From Limnothrix sp. BL-A-16 (GTDB lineage Bacteria > Cyanobacteriota > Cyanobacteriia > CACIAM-69d): a stretch of 64,000 nucleotides of DNA. This document shows, one piece after another, positions 1 through 9,514 of the stretch. The stretch is from assembly GCA_041937175.2 (NCBI GenBank), contig CP166615.1, forward strand, positions 2,016,001-2,080,000, read 5' to 3'. Under the pieces are notes generated by a model. The model searched no databases. It was not told the DNA's origin and saw nothing but the letters and a program-made list of their open reading frames with translations. How positions within the stretch are numbered: position 1 is the stretch's first letter; every line of letters starts with the position of its first letter. A program made the translations under genes and the position numbers.

Positions 1-39
1 AAAAGTCTCGAACCCAGCAATGAGAACAATGCGCTTCAT
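1..39 (-). CDS. bchH: 5' end (13 codons, runs off window) of a probable magnesium chelatase subunit H (second, BchH-like cyanobacterial type)
   Basis: Reverse strand from ATG at 39 reads MKRIVLIAGFETF, matching the N-terminus I recall for cyanobacterial BchH-like Mg-chelatase H proteins. Only 13 aa are visible. Confidence 0.6.
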   Translation of the reverse strand, partial: MKRIVLIAGFETF

Positions 40-86
40 GGTGATGGAGGGTAGTGCGAGCGGGATTTAACGCAGGAGATCCAAAT

Positions 87-141
87 TTGATCGGAACTTG
101 ATTGGAACTTGATCGGAGCTTGACCGGAACTGAACCGAAGC
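87..141. repeat. 11-bp degenerate tandem repeat (TTGATCGGAAC x ~5)
   Basis: ttgatcggaac ttgattggaac ttgatcggagc ttgaccggaac tgaaccgaagc. Confidence 0.85.
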
Positions 142-369
142 CAGAGCGAAACTGAGGTCGATCGCCCCTTGGGAGCCAGATGGAGCCACTTGTTAAGCTA
201 GCATCACCTGACTGTTTCGCTGGGCTATTTCGCGAGGGCGCGGTCATTTGATCTAACCGAAATTGCCATCGTCCACGGACTGCGGGCCCTGGCCGGGCAG
301 CAGCGACAAATTGCGCCCCAGCCTATCTATTTTGACGAAATTTTTACGAAACCTGGACTGGAGAAACCC

Positions 370-1344
370 ATGATCCCCAACTTTTTCCCCACATCCCAAA
401 GCCCCAAGCGTGATGCCGCCGGGACAACTTGGCAAAAGGTGGCGATCGCTGTTGTTCACGGCATTGGAGCCGGGGATCCTGACTACAACAGCGGCAAAGC
501 TGACCAACCAGAATTTATTCGCAGCCTGCAAGATAATCTAATCGATCGCTTCAGTAAGCTAGGCATTTCTGCCAAGGAATATCATCAGCGGTTCGTGATG
601 GCTCCCGTGTATTGGGCAACGGTTCTGGAAAATAATCAACAGGATTTGTGGGCCCGATTCCAACGCCAAAGCGCCATGAACTGGGATCGAATTCGAGAAT
701 TTATGGTGTCCTTTGTTTCCGATGCCATTGCCTATCAGGTGAGTCCGCGCGGTCGCCATTCCTATCACGCCATTCATCGATTTTGTGCCCAAACTTTGCA
801 CACCCTTGCCCAAGAAGCTGGCCCTGAAGCGCCCCTCTGCATGATTGGCCATAGCCTTGGTTCGATCGTTTCCTATAACTATCTTTTGGATTTGCAAGCG
901 GAATTTGGGAATAACACCGAAGCAGAATCGCTCTTTCGAGAATCGGTGTTACGCCAAGTGGGCGATAGCCCCTTGGAGCGGGGTGAAACCCTCAGTTTGT
1001 ATTACACCTTGGGCAGCCCCTTGGCCCTTTGGACATTGCGCGATCGCGATGGGGGCCTGCCGATTCAGTTCCCTGCCCCCCGCCTGACAGAACATTATCC
1101 CCAACTGAAATCAGCCACAGAATGGGTGAATATTTACGATTCTGATGATGTAATTGCCTATCCATTACGACCCATTAATTCAGCTTTTCAACGGGCCGTG
1201 AAGGAAGATTTGAACGTGAATGCGGGAGAAGTTTGGGAAAGTTGGAATCCGCTTTCCCACAATGGCTACTGGAAAAATCCAACAACGGGCGATCGCATCG
1301 CCCGATCGCTCCTGAACCTATCTCGAATGATCAATGGCCGCTGA
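370..1344 (+). CDS. Alpha/beta-hydrolase-fold protein (lipase/phospholipase-like), function unknown
   Basis: 324-aa ORF with VHGIG oxyanion-like motif, GHSLG nucleophile elbow, TLGSPL, WVNIYDSDDVIAYPL and SHNGYW (candidate Ser-Asp-His triad). Confidence 0.65.
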   Translation: MIPNFFPTSQSPKRDAAGTTWQKVAIAVVHGIGAGDPDYNSGKADQPEFIRSLQDNLIDRFSKLGISAKEYHQRFVMAPVYWATVLENNQQDLWARFQRQSAMNWDRIREFMVSFVSDAIAYQVSPRGRHSYHAIHRFCAQTLHTLAQEAGPEAPLCMIGHSLGSIVSYNYLLDLQAEFGNNTEAESLFRESVLRQVGDSPLERGETLSLYYTLGSPLALWTLRDRDGGLPIQFPAPRLTEHYPQLKSATEWVNIYDSDDVIAYPLRPINSAFQRAVKEDLNVNAGEVWESWNPLSHNGYWKNPTTGDRIARSLLNLSRMINGR

Positions 1345-1371
1345 TTAGGTTTCTGATGAGTTTTCTGGTTA

Positions 1372-1502
1372 GAGGATGTCTGAGAAGTATCTTTCAATAT
1401 GGGCTGAAGATTAATTGTCGTAGGAACAAGGGGCTTAAGCCCCTTGTCTACATCGATCTCTGGGGCGTACAGAGTAGCAATTTTGGCTTTTCAGACATCC
1501 TC
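1372..1502 (+). mobile_element. MITE family A, copy 1 (131 bp, non-autonomous, IS5/IS1031-like ends)
   Basis: TIRs gaggatgtctgagaag / cttttcagacatcctc. TTA direct repeat on both sides (1369-1371, 1503-1505). Central palindrome at 1427-1446. Confidence 0.85.
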
Positions 1503-2819
1503 TTAGGTTTGAGTAACGGGAATTTCAAGAATGAACGTTGCGCCATGGCCGATTTGAGACTGACAATCTAGCCGACCACCGTGGCGATCGACCACAATTG
1601 AACGGGCGATCGCCAGCCCTAATCCTGTGCCAATGCCCGTGGGTTTCGTGGTGAAAAATGCTTCAAACAATTTCTGTTGCACCTCCGGCTCAATCCCTGG
1701 CCCATTATCAGAAATGATAATTTGCACCCATTTTTGATTCAGAGATCGGGTTTGAATCTTAATTTCCGGCTCCAAACCGCTCATGTGCTCCCAGTCCAAT
1801 CCATCCAAAGCATCGATCGCGTTAGCAATCAAGTTCATAAAGACTTGGCCCATTTCCCCGATCGAACATTCAACAGGGGGCAACTCCCCATAATCTCGAA
1901 TGATTTTAAATTCAGACCGGCTGCCCTTGGACTTCAATCGATGGCGCAAAATGATGAGGGTGTTTTCTAACCCTTCATGTAAGTCCGCTGGGGCGAGCTG
2001 TTGATTGCCCATTCGCGAAAAATTGCGCAAACTTGCTACCAAATCGCGAATTCGATCGGTTCCCAAACGCATGGACTCCAAAATCTTTGGAAAATCCTCC
2101 ATCATAAAAGGCAAGTCCAAATCCTGGGTTTGGGTTGCCAAATCCGCTGGCGGCTCTGGATAAAACATTTGATAGAGCTGCAAAACATTCATCAAATCTT
2201 CTGCATAGTTACAAGCATGAACCAGATTGCCATGAATAAAATTCACGGGATTGTTAATTTCATGGGCAACTCCCGATAGCAACTGCCCCAGGCTGGATAG
2301 TTTTTCCGCCCGTACCAAACTGAGGTGGGTATCTTGCAAGTCTGCCAGGGCCTTTTCCAGGGCCGCTGTGCGCTCAGCCACCCGAACTTCCAATTCCTGA
2401 TTGCGATCGGCCAAGGCTTTAGTAAGGGATTGCAAGCGCAAATGTAAGCGCACCCGTGCAAGGACTTCATCTTGCTGAAATGGCTTGGTGATATAGTCCA
2501 CAGCCCCTAAATTGAGACCACGCACCTTATCATCCACCTCCGATAGGGCGGTCATGAAAATGATGGGAATGGCGGAGGTTTGACTATTAGCCTTCAAGCG
2601 GCGACAGGTTTCAAACCCGTCAATTCCTGGCATCATCACATCCAGCAAAATTAAATCTGGGGTCGCAAAATTGACCCGATCGAGCGCCACTTCTCCAGAT
2701 TGGGCGATCCAAACTTCAAACCCCGCATCATCTAATAAATCAGACAGCAAACTAAGGTTAGCTGGCATATCGTCCACAATCAGAATCGTGGGACGATTTT
2801 CAGCGGCATCGAGGGACAT
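1503..2819 (-). CDS. Response regulator-histidine kinase hybrid (REC-HisKA-HATPase)
   Basis: ILIVDD...LILLDVMMP...YITKPF receiver; H-box GVAHEINNP; NLIANAIDA, DNGPGI and GTGLGL ATPase boxes. Confidence 0.93.
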   Translation of the reverse strand: MSLDAAENRPTILIVDDMPANLSLLSDLLDDAGFEVWIAQSGEVALDRVNFATPDLILLDVMMPGIDGFETCRRLKANSQTSAIPIIFMTALSEVDDKVRGLNLGAVDYITKPFQQDEVLARVRLHLRLQSLTKALADRNQELEVRVAERTAALEKALADLQDTHLSLVRAEKLSSLGQLLSGVAHEINNPVNFIHGNLVHACNYAEDLMNVLQLYQMFYPEPPADLATQTQDLDLPFMMEDFPKILESMRLGTDRIRDLVASLRNFSRMGNQQLAPADLHEGLENTLIILRHRLKSKGSRSEFKIIRDYGELPPVECSIGEMGQVFMNLIANAIDALDGLDWEHMSGLEPEIKIQTRSLNQKWVQIIISDNGPGIEPEVQQKLFEAFFTTKPTGIGTGLGLAIARSIVVDRHGGRLDCQSQIGHGATFILEIPVTQT

Positions 2820-3078
2820 GGCTCAAGGATGGAAGGTTTTGCAGTAAAAAGGGTACTGGGAGAATTGAAGGATCGCCATTTAAAAATCGCTATTTAAGGA
2901 TCACCAATCACTGGGTCGATGATTTGGCCAATGAAATGACTGAGCCCATGAAGCGCTGGATCGAAAGTGCTGAAAATCAGGTTAAGGCATCAACAATCAT
3001 GAACTAATGATTAAGAACAAGCAAGACTTTTTCCTGAGAAGATTCTGAATGGCTAGTCTTGCCGGTTTTTGTGATGAA

Positions 3079-3099
3079 TTATGATCCCGGGGATCATAA
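3079..3099. promoter_or_regulatory. Perfect 10-bp inverted repeat in AT-rich intergenic region, possible operator
   Basis: ttatgatccc-g-gggatcataa, between the hybrid kinase and the REC-HK gene. Confidence 0.3.
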
Positions 3100-3275
3100 A
3101 TGATTAATGATTTGAGCGATGATTGCGCTCAATTTCATGATCCTCAGAAAATTATTGAAGACCTTTGATGGTCTCTATTCTCTCGAAAAAAGCTATTTTC
3201 AGCAATTTCTCAGCCAATTAATTGAGCTGGGATCCTGATCGCCCATTGCTGTTTGGGCTAACGCTTCCTTACCCG

Positions 3276-6200
3276 TTAATTCGCGTTCGATCGACCCGGC
3301 GCTTGATTTAAAAGTTCCAAAATTCCCTGATCGTTAAACGCCTGGGCCAGACTCTTGAGCCGTTGGGCAAAGGGGGCAAGGGTTGAATCCTGCTCTGCCA
3401 GGGCCTTGGCTTGGCGCTTCAGGGCGTTGAAGTTGCCTTTGCGGGCCAGGGTTTCGAGCTGCTCCAACAACTCGGGGTCGATCGGGTAGATGAGTGCTGC
3501 ATCCGGGGGCAGGTCGGGTTCCGCCGCCGACTGTGCCAAGGGTGACGGGGCGATCGAACTGGCTTCATAAATCCAAACCAGTTGCAAGTGTTTTTGCAGC
3601 AGGTGCAATAGCTCGTGGGTTTGCACCGGTTTGGGCAAAAAGTCGCTGCCACCCGCGTCCAAGCTTTGTTGTCGATCGCTCTCAAAAACACTGGCAGAGG
3701 ACACAATAATCGGCAATTGCTGCAACTCAGGATGGCGACGAATCAGATCAATCAGGGTATAGCCATCCAAGTTGGGCATCAATAAATCCGTAATTACCAC
3801 CTGCGGGCGATGGTGCTCCAAAAACTGCCAAGCCACGGCCCCATCTTCCGCTTCCTGAATCACAAACCCGATCGGCTCCAGCATTTCCCGCAGCACGGCC
3901 CGGTTTTCCCACTTGTCATCCACCACCAAAACCTGGGGCGCGTCCCCTTGAACGCCCACAATTTGCCCCTGTTGCGTCATGCGAGAATGGCGGCTCCACT
4001 CGGCCGCCATCGGCAAGGACACTTCAAACCGAAAGCTGCTGCCGACTTGGGGTTGGCTCTCAACGGTAATTTGGCCGCCCATTAGCTCCACAATTTGTTG
4101 GGAGATCGCCAGCCCTAGCCCAGTGCCCTCCGTTTGGCGCTTGGTCTCGCCCACCTGCTCAAAGGGCAGAAAAATGCTGCTGAGTTGATCCGCCTCTAGG
4201 CCAACGCCCGTGTCTTGCACTTCAAATTGCACCCGATCGCCCCCCATGGCCAACACGCGCAGGGTGACCGTGCCGCTGTCTGTGAACTTGATCGCATTGC
4301 CCAACAAATTGAGCAACACTTGGCGGAGGCGCTTTTCATCGGTGCGGATGCCTTCGGGTAAGTCATCGGCAATTTCTTCCGCGAATTGCAACCCCTTCAG
4401 TTCCGCGCGCAGACGGCACATTTCCGTTACCCCGCGCAGGAAGGCTCGAAAATGAAACTCCGTGGGATGCAGTTCCATTTTGCCGGCTTCAATTTTGGCC
4501 AAATCCAGTACGTCGTTGATCAGGGTGAGCAGATGGTTGCCGCATTGGTGAATCACGCCGATTTTGGCCAGTTGCTCTTCGTGCAAATTGCTCGATCGCT
4601 GCAACACCTGGGCATAGCCCAAAATGCCGTTCAGGGGGGTGCGCAACTCGTGGCTCATGTTGGCCAAAAATTCACTCTTGGCCAAATTGGCCACTTCCGC
4701 CGCTTCCTTGGCTTCCGCCAGGGCTAGTTCCGCCTGTTTGCGGGCGGTGATATCAAACAACACGCCGCTAAACACAACCGTGCCGTCATCGGCGCGTTTG
4801 GGGGTGGAAGCGCCTTGCCACCAACGGAGGGAACCATCGGGACGAGTCAACCGAGCCTCGTAGGCCCATTCCGTGGGATTGTCCACCACGCGGCTGACGG
4901 ATTCGATGTAGCCATCCCGATCGTCCGGGTGGATGGCACTAATAAACCGGCCCAGGTCGGCCATGAATTCTTCGGCGCTGAATCCCGTTAGCTCGCTGAC
5001 GCGATCGCTGATGTAGTCGATCGTCCATTGGCCCTCGTGATTGCTGAACTGAAAAATGGCTCCCGGAATGTTTTGAGCAATGCTGCGCAGACGGGCTTCG
5101 CTGGTTTGCAGGGAGGCTGTGCGCTCGGCCACCCGCTCTTCCAAGGCTTGGTTACTGGCGGCCAATTCCTGAAAGGACTGTCGTAATTGCTGGGTCATGG
5201 TGTTGAAGGCCCGGGCCAGTTGATCCGTTTCGGCGGTTCCTTCCGTCATCACCACCTGATCCAGTTGATTGGCAGCCACGGCATCGGTGGCCGCACAAAG
5301 TTTCACCAAGGGCCGCGACACCTGCCGCCCAATCCACCAACCCAGCCCGATCGCCACCGCCAAGGCCAGCAACATGATGGTGAGGATGTCTCGACGCGCG
5401 GCCATCACCGGCCCCGCAAAGTCGGCTTCCGGAATCGCCGTCACCAACAACCAGTCCAAACCGTTGCGATCGCGCAGGGGCGACACTTGCACCAGCAACC
5501 GGGTTTGTTGGGTGGGGCCAATGAATTTGGTCGTGAGTTGGGTGGTTGGGGTATTGGGCGGAATGGCGGCCCAAGTGCCAAAGCGCTGTTCAACGGTGGC
5601 AACGGCCGCTTGCAGAATTGAATTTTTGAGGTCTTTGGCCCGAATCCGTTTTCCTTCCGGGGAAACTGGGTCGTTGGTGGAGGTGGCAATCACCTGGCCC
5701 GATCGCTCCACAATGGCCGCCACCCCGCTGTGGCCAATATCTTGGGCCCGCAAAAAGGTGCTGATTCCTTCCAAGGCCAGGTCAGAGGCAAACACGCCCA
5801 CCAGTTTTCCGGTGCGATCGTACAGGGGTTGCACCGCTGAAATGCCCAGTTCCCCCGTGCCCGAAAAGGCAAACACCGAAGTCCATTGGGGGCCGCGGGC
5901 GGTGATTGCGGTTTTGAACCAGGGGCGATTGCGCACATCATAGAGCTGGCTGTCTTTGAGGATGCGCCGCCCTTGGCGATCGACCTCAAAGGTGCGCCGC
6001 AAGCCCGATCCCAATCGATCGCTCCGTTTAATTAGGGTGCTGCTGGGCAATTCCCGAACTTCCAAGGAGCCACCGACTGCTGTTCCAAATTCCGTGGTGG
6101 TGACCAGGGGAAACAGTTGCAACTTTTCGTGGAAATAGGTTTCCAGCGCCGAAAAATCCGCCAACTTCACCTGATCAGCCCCAAAAGCCTGCACATGGAG

Positions 6201-6440
6201 CTGATTGAGGCGCAACGGCTCGCTCAGGTATTGATGCACATAGGCTTGAATTTGCCGATCGACCTCGGAGCCAAGGCGATTCATCAGCGCATCCACGGCC
6301 CGTTGTCCCTGAACGAGCACCACTTGCCCCGTTAGCCCCACGGCCACCAGCGCTTGCAAGGTTGTGACCAGGACGATCAATTTGCTCAGGGGCCAACGGG
6401 GCGATCGGGCAAATTCAGGTGCAGAACCAGATTCAGTCAC
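3276..6440 (-). CDS. Membrane hybrid sensor histidine kinase (Cache-HAMP-PAS-HisKA-HATPase-REC)
   Basis: Two TM helices flank a Cache-like domain (YDVRNRPWF). HAMP; PAS (IHPDDRD); FLANMSHELRTPLN; NLLGNAIKFT, DTGVG, GTGLGL; receiver VLVVDD...TDLLMP...LPKP. Confidence 0.93.
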   Translation of the reverse strand: MTESGSAPEFARSPRWPLSKLIVLVTTLQALVAVGLTGQVVLVQGQRAVDALMNRLGSEVDRQIQAYVHQYLSEPLRLNQLHVQAFGADQVKLADFSALETYFHEKLQLFPLVTTTEFGTAVGGSLEVRELPSSTLIKRSDRLGSGLRRTFEVDRQGRRILKDSQLYDVRNRPWFKTAITARGPQWTSVFAFSGTGELGISAVQPLYDRTGKLVGVFASDLALEGISTFLRAQDIGHSGVAAIVERSGQVIATSTNDPVSPEGKRIRAKDLKNSILQAAVATVEQRFGTWAAIPPNTPTTQLTTKFIGPTQQTRLLVQVSPLRDRNGLDWLLVTAIPEADFAGPVMAARRDILTIMLLALAVAIGLGWWIGRQVSRPLVKLCAATDAVAANQLDQVVMTEGTAETDQLARAFNTMTQQLRQSFQELAASNQALEERVAERTASLQTSEARLRSIAQNIPGAIFQFSNHEGQWTIDYISDRVSELTGFSAEEFMADLGRFISAIHPDDRDGYIESVSRVVDNPTEWAYEARLTRPDGSLRWWQGASTPKRADDGTVVFSGVLFDITARKQAELALAEAKEAAEVANLAKSEFLANMSHELRTPLNGILGYAQVLQRSSNLHEEQLAKIGVIHQCGNHLLTLINDVLDLAKIEAGKMELHPTEFHFRAFLRGVTEMCRLRAELKGLQFAEEIADDLPEGIRTDEKRLRQVLLNLLGNAIKFTDSGTVTLRVLAMGGDRVQFEVQDTGVGLEADQLSSIFLPFEQVGETKRQTEGTGLGLAISQQIVELMGGQITVESQPQVGSSFRFEVSLPMAAEWSRHSRMTQQGQIVGVQGDAPQVLVVDDKWENRAVLREMLEPIGFVIQEAEDGAVAWQFLEHHRPQVVITDLLMPNLDGYTLIDLIRRHPELQQLPIIVSSASVFESDRQQSLDAGGSDFLPKPVQTHELLHLLQKHLQLVWIYEASSIAPSPLAQSAAEPDLPPDAALIYPIDPELLEQLETLARKGNFNALKRQAKALAEQDSTLAPFAQRLKSLAQAFNDQGILELLNQAPGRSNAN

Positions 6441-6556
6441 AGCGAGGACACCGAGTCAGGGGGCAGCGGGCCAGCGGCGGGCCCATTCCCATCATCGCCG
6501 TCCCCTCCCCCCAACTGCCACCAACCGGCCCGATCGCCAAGCCCCTCATCAGGGCG

Positions 6557-7411
6557 CTACAGCGGAATCGTGGCCGATCGAAACTGGTAACCCGCTGTTT
6601 TGAGTTTTTGATTGGAAACCCGCGCATTGTAAGGACGCTGGGCCGATTCCGCTGGATTCCAAGTCACCCCCGGCCATCCCCGACGGCGAAAGGCCCGATC
6701 GAGCAATTCCGCCTGGGTTAAGGGTTCGTCATGCACCAGGTTATATAGCCCCAACAACCGCGCTGCTTGGGCAAAGGCGATCGCCCCCACAATGTCATCC
6801 AAATGGATCCAATTACTCCAGTCTTGGCCACTGCCGGGCCGTACTTGGCCACTGGCCGATCGAAAAATATCCGCCACCTCGCGGCCGGGCCCGCAAATGC
6901 CCCCCAACCGAAACACACAAACGGCCAAACCGTCCCGCGCCGCGCCCAACAATACCTGCTCCGTTTCCAGCAAGATTTGGCCATTGTCCGTGGTGGGCTG
7001 GGGCAGCGTGGTTTCATCCACCCAAGCCCCACCCCGATCGCCATAAACCCCGTAGCTGCTGGTGTAGATCACCTGGCGCAGTTGGGACAATTCGGGCAAC
7101 AGTTGCGCCAGGGTTTGGGCACTGTGCAAATAGGTTTCCCGATAGATGCCCGATCGCCGGGGCCCCAAACAAACCAACAGCGTAGTTTGCCCAGCCAGGG
7201 CCGACCGCAACCCCGCTTCATCATCTCCCCGCAAGCAAAGGGCCCGATCGCAACAATCCGCCAGCTCCGCCAGTCGATCGGGTGTGGTGGTTGTGCCGGT
7301 GACGGTCAATCCCTGCGATCGCCAATATTGCGCCATCGGCCGGCCCACATAGCCACAGCCCAAGATCATCACTTGCTCTGACCCTGAGCGATTGATTGCA
7401 GCGTCCATCAT
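6557..7411 (-). CDS. Atypical SDR / NAD-dependent epimerase-dehydratase family protein
   Basis: ILGCGYVG Rossmann motif, YTSSYGVYGD, WVDE, RLGGICGPGR, NWIHLDDI, VSNQKLK. Start uncertain (7420 GTG or 7411 ATG). Confidence 0.85.
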   Translation of the reverse strand: MMDAAINRSGSEQVMILGCGYVGRPMAQYWRSQGLTVTGTTTTPDRLAELADCCDRALCLRGDDEAGLRSALAGQTTLLVCLGPRRSGIYRETYLHSAQTLAQLLPELSQLRQVIYTSSYGVYGDRGGAWVDETTLPQPTTDNGQILLETEQVLLGAARDGLAVCVFRLGGICGPGREVADIFRSASGQVRPGSGQDWSNWIHLDDIVGAIAFAQAARLLGLYNLVHDEPLTQAELLDRAFRRRGWPGVTWNPAESAQRPYNARVSNQKLKTAGYQFRSATIPL

Positions 7412-7488
7412 GGAAAACACGGGAGATCAACAAAAAAATCCACAACGGAAAATTCACAATGGGAAATGAATCCCAAGCTCGAAACAGC

Positions 7489-7548
7489 AATTACCTAAAA
7501 AGTAATTACCCAAAAAGTAATCACCCAAAAAGTAATTACCCAAAAGGC
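7489..7548. repeat. 15-bp tandem repeat (AATTACCCAAAAAGT x4)
   Basis: aattacctaaaaagt aattacccaaaaagt aatcacccaaaaagt aattacccaaaaggc, just downstream of hisIE. Confidence 0.9.
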
Positions 7549-7557
7549 GGTGAGCCT

Positions 7558-8205
7558 TTAACCGCGTCGTTCCTGAAGCTTGCGATAAACCGCTTTTAAA
7601 TCCACCTGATGATGGGCGATCGCCACGAGGGTGTGATAAAGCAAATCCGCCACTTCCGAGGCGATCGACTCCGGATCATCATCCTTACAAGCCATCACCA
7701 CTTCGGCCGCTTCCTCACCGATTTTCTTGAGAATTTTGTTATCCCCACCGGCCAACAATTTGCAGGTATAGGACTCAGGATTTGGGTTAGCCTTGCGCGA
7801 TTCAATCACCTGAAAAACCTGCGACAATGTATCAGCAGGTGGCGGAACCACTTGCCCATCCACTTGGTGGAAACAACTGCGGGCCCCCGTGTGGCAAGCC
7901 ACATCCCCAATCTGTTCAATGGTCATTAACAGGGCATCGCTATCGCAGTCATAGCGAATGCTTTTAAGCTTTTGAATATGTCCAGAAGTTGCGCCCTTGT
8001 GCCACAGTTCTTGGCGCGATCGGCTCCAGTACCAAGCCTCGCCAGTTTCCAGGGTTTTTTGCAAGGATTCCGCATTCATCCAAGCCATCATCAACACTGT
8101 GCCATCCAGATAGTCTTGGGCGATCGCCGCGACTAATCCTTGTTCGTTGTAGGCGATGCGATCGACTGGAACGGCACGGCGCAAAGCTTCAAGATCGGTG
8201 GCCAT
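7558..8205 (-). CDS. hisIE: Bifunctional phosphoribosyl-AMP cyclohydrolase / phosphoribosyl-ATP diphosphatase
   Basis: [26 protein letters not shown] and [10 protein letters not shown] (HisI); [17 protein letters not shown] and EVADLLYH (HisE). Start moved to ATG 8205. Confidence 0.96.
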   Translation of the reverse strand: MATDLEALRRAVPVDRIAYNEQGLVAAIAQDYLDGTVLMMAWMNAESLQKTLETGEAWYWSRSRQELWHKGATSGHIQKLKSIRYDCDSDALLMTIEQIGDVACHTGARSCFHQVDGQVVPPPADTLSQVFQVIESRKANPNPESYTCKLLAGGDNKILKKIGEEAAEVVMACKDDDPESIASEVADLLYHTLVAIAHHQVDLKAVYRKLQERRG

Positions 8206-8363
8206 AGAATCGCTGCTGTGGGGGGTGAGGATTGGGCAAACCATTGGCCCTGGGGCGCAATGTTGCAGCGCCAACCGGCCGCCAAATGGCAGGACAAATC
8301 ATAGCAACTTTCCATCGCTTCCCCGCCTCAGGGTCGATCGAGTTCCGCCCGATCGCCCAACCA

Positions 8364-8596
8364 ATTGTTGTAGGGGCAAGGGGCTTAAGCCCCTTGTCTG
8401 GGTCGGTTCAAACATCCTGTTAGGGTTGAATCGGCAGCCGATTGTTATAGGGGCAAGGGACTTAAGCCCCTTGTCTGGGTCGGTTCAAACATCCTGTTAG
8501 GGCTGAATCGGCAGCCGATTGTTATAGGGGCAAGGGACTTAAGCCCCTTGTCTGGGTCGATTCAAACATCCTGTTAGGGCTGAATCGGCAGCCGAT
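8364..8596. repeat. 3 x 77-bp tandem repeat; each unit = REP-like palindrome + MITE-A-like end + last ~7 codons of exbD
   Basis: Palindromes at 8377, 8454 and 8531 (period 77). Each unit carries ttcaaacatcctg followed by ttaggg(c/t)tgaatcggcagccgat. Confidence 0.92.
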
Positions 8597-9242
8597 CGCC
8601 CGGTTGCGCCGGAGCCGGTGACTGGTTGGGTAACAGATACGGCTGATTCAAGCCATTGCCGCCCAAGCCGGGGTTATTCGGGCTGCTGGGATTGGAGTTA
8701 CTGGGATTGGAATTATTGAAGCCAGGACTGTTGAAACCCGGATTCCCAAAATCGCCGCCCTGACTCGGATCATTGGGCACGAGGGGCTGATTGCCGAATG
8801 GGTCGAAGTTGTCGGCCGATCGCTGGGCTGGGTTTTGGCCGCTGGGCAAGGTGGCCAGAGCCACCCGATCGCCCCCAACCGATCGCAGCAAGTCCAACAC
8901 CGCCACCACGTCGCTATAGAAAGCCGACTGGGAAGCATAGAGGACGATCGTCCCGTCCGGTTGGGCTTGCTTAAAGGCTTGCAGTTGGGTCAGCAGCGCT
9001 TCTTTGGTCACCGGGGCTTGCTGAAAATACAACTGGCCGGCGGGACTGAGGGCCACCATTGCCAACTTGCGCATCTGGGGCTGGCCCGTGCTGGCTTGGG
9101 GCAGGTCTACCCCAATGCCCTGTTGGCGCGTCAGCCCGATCGCCGCCAGGATAAAAAAGGTCAGAATGCAGAAAATCACATCGATCAGCGGCACGATCTC
9201 AATGCGAATTTCTTGATCGGACGAGTCGAGGTTGATTTTCAT
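8574..9242 (-). CDS. exbD: Biopolymer transport protein ExbD/TolR family with low-complexity N/P/G-rich C-terminal tail
   Basis: IEIVPLIDVIFCILTFFIL TM motif, GIGVDLPQA, VVAVLDLLRSVGGDRVALAT. Start moved to ATG 9242. Confidence 0.88.
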   Translation of the reverse strand: MKINLDSSDQEIRIEIVPLIDVIFCILTFFILAAIGLTRQQGIGVDLPQASTGQPQMRKLAMVALSPAGQLYFQQAPVTKEALLTQLQAFKQAQPDGTIVLYASQSAFYSDVVAVLDLLRSVGGDRVALATLPSGQNPAQRSADNFDPFGNQPLVPNDPSQGGDFGNPGFNSPGFNNSNPSNSNPSSPNNPGLGGNGLNQPYLLPNQSPAPAQPGDRLPIQP

Positions 9243-9346
9243 AAATTCATTCAGAAATTGATCCAGAAATTCATTCAATTATGCGAATTAATGGCACGAT
9301 CGGCGCTGCGACTCTGGGCATCGAAATTGATATGGCCTTGACCTAA

Positions 9347-9477
9347 GAGGATGTCTGAAAAGCCAAAATTAATACAATACTTGCTCCAGCGATCGACGGA
9401 AACAAGGGGCTTAAGCCCCTTGCTGCCACGACTATTGGTGCTTAGTTCGGGCCGAAAGATACTTTTCAGACATCCTC
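9347..9477 (-). mobile_element. MITE family A, copy 2 (131 bp, inverted relative to copy 1)
   Basis: Perfect 16-bp TIRs gaggatgtctgaaaag / cttttcagacatcctc. Palindrome at 9403-9422. Flanks TAA / TTA are both TNA but not identical. Confidence 0.85.
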
Positions 9478-9503
9478 TTACAGGCTACACCGCAAATGAC
9501 TGC

Positions 9504-9514
9504 TCAGACATCCT
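9504..9514. repeat. Orphan MITE-A terminal repeat fragment (tcagacatcct)
   Basis: 11-nt match to the family-A end, immediately abutting the TTA (minus-strand stop) at 9515-9517. Confidence 0.55.

Noticed and set aside
1233..1571. Short ORFs containing NKGLKPL / ARGLSPL peptides (also 8156-8500, 12415-12639, 12503-12691, 62889-63206)
   Set aside because: These are translations of the palindrome/MITE, not a protein family.
5269..5943. Long antisense or alternate-frame ORFs (also e.g. 35248-36051, 40499-41215, 53292-54002, 61602-62288)
   Set aside because: They are shadows of well-supported genes in GC-rich DNA and have no recognisable motifs.
8364..8596. CRISPR array (palindromic repeat at a regular 77-bp period)
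   Set aside because: The intervening sequences are near-identical rather than unique spacers, they include the exbD 3' end, and no cas genes are present. It is a tandem duplication.
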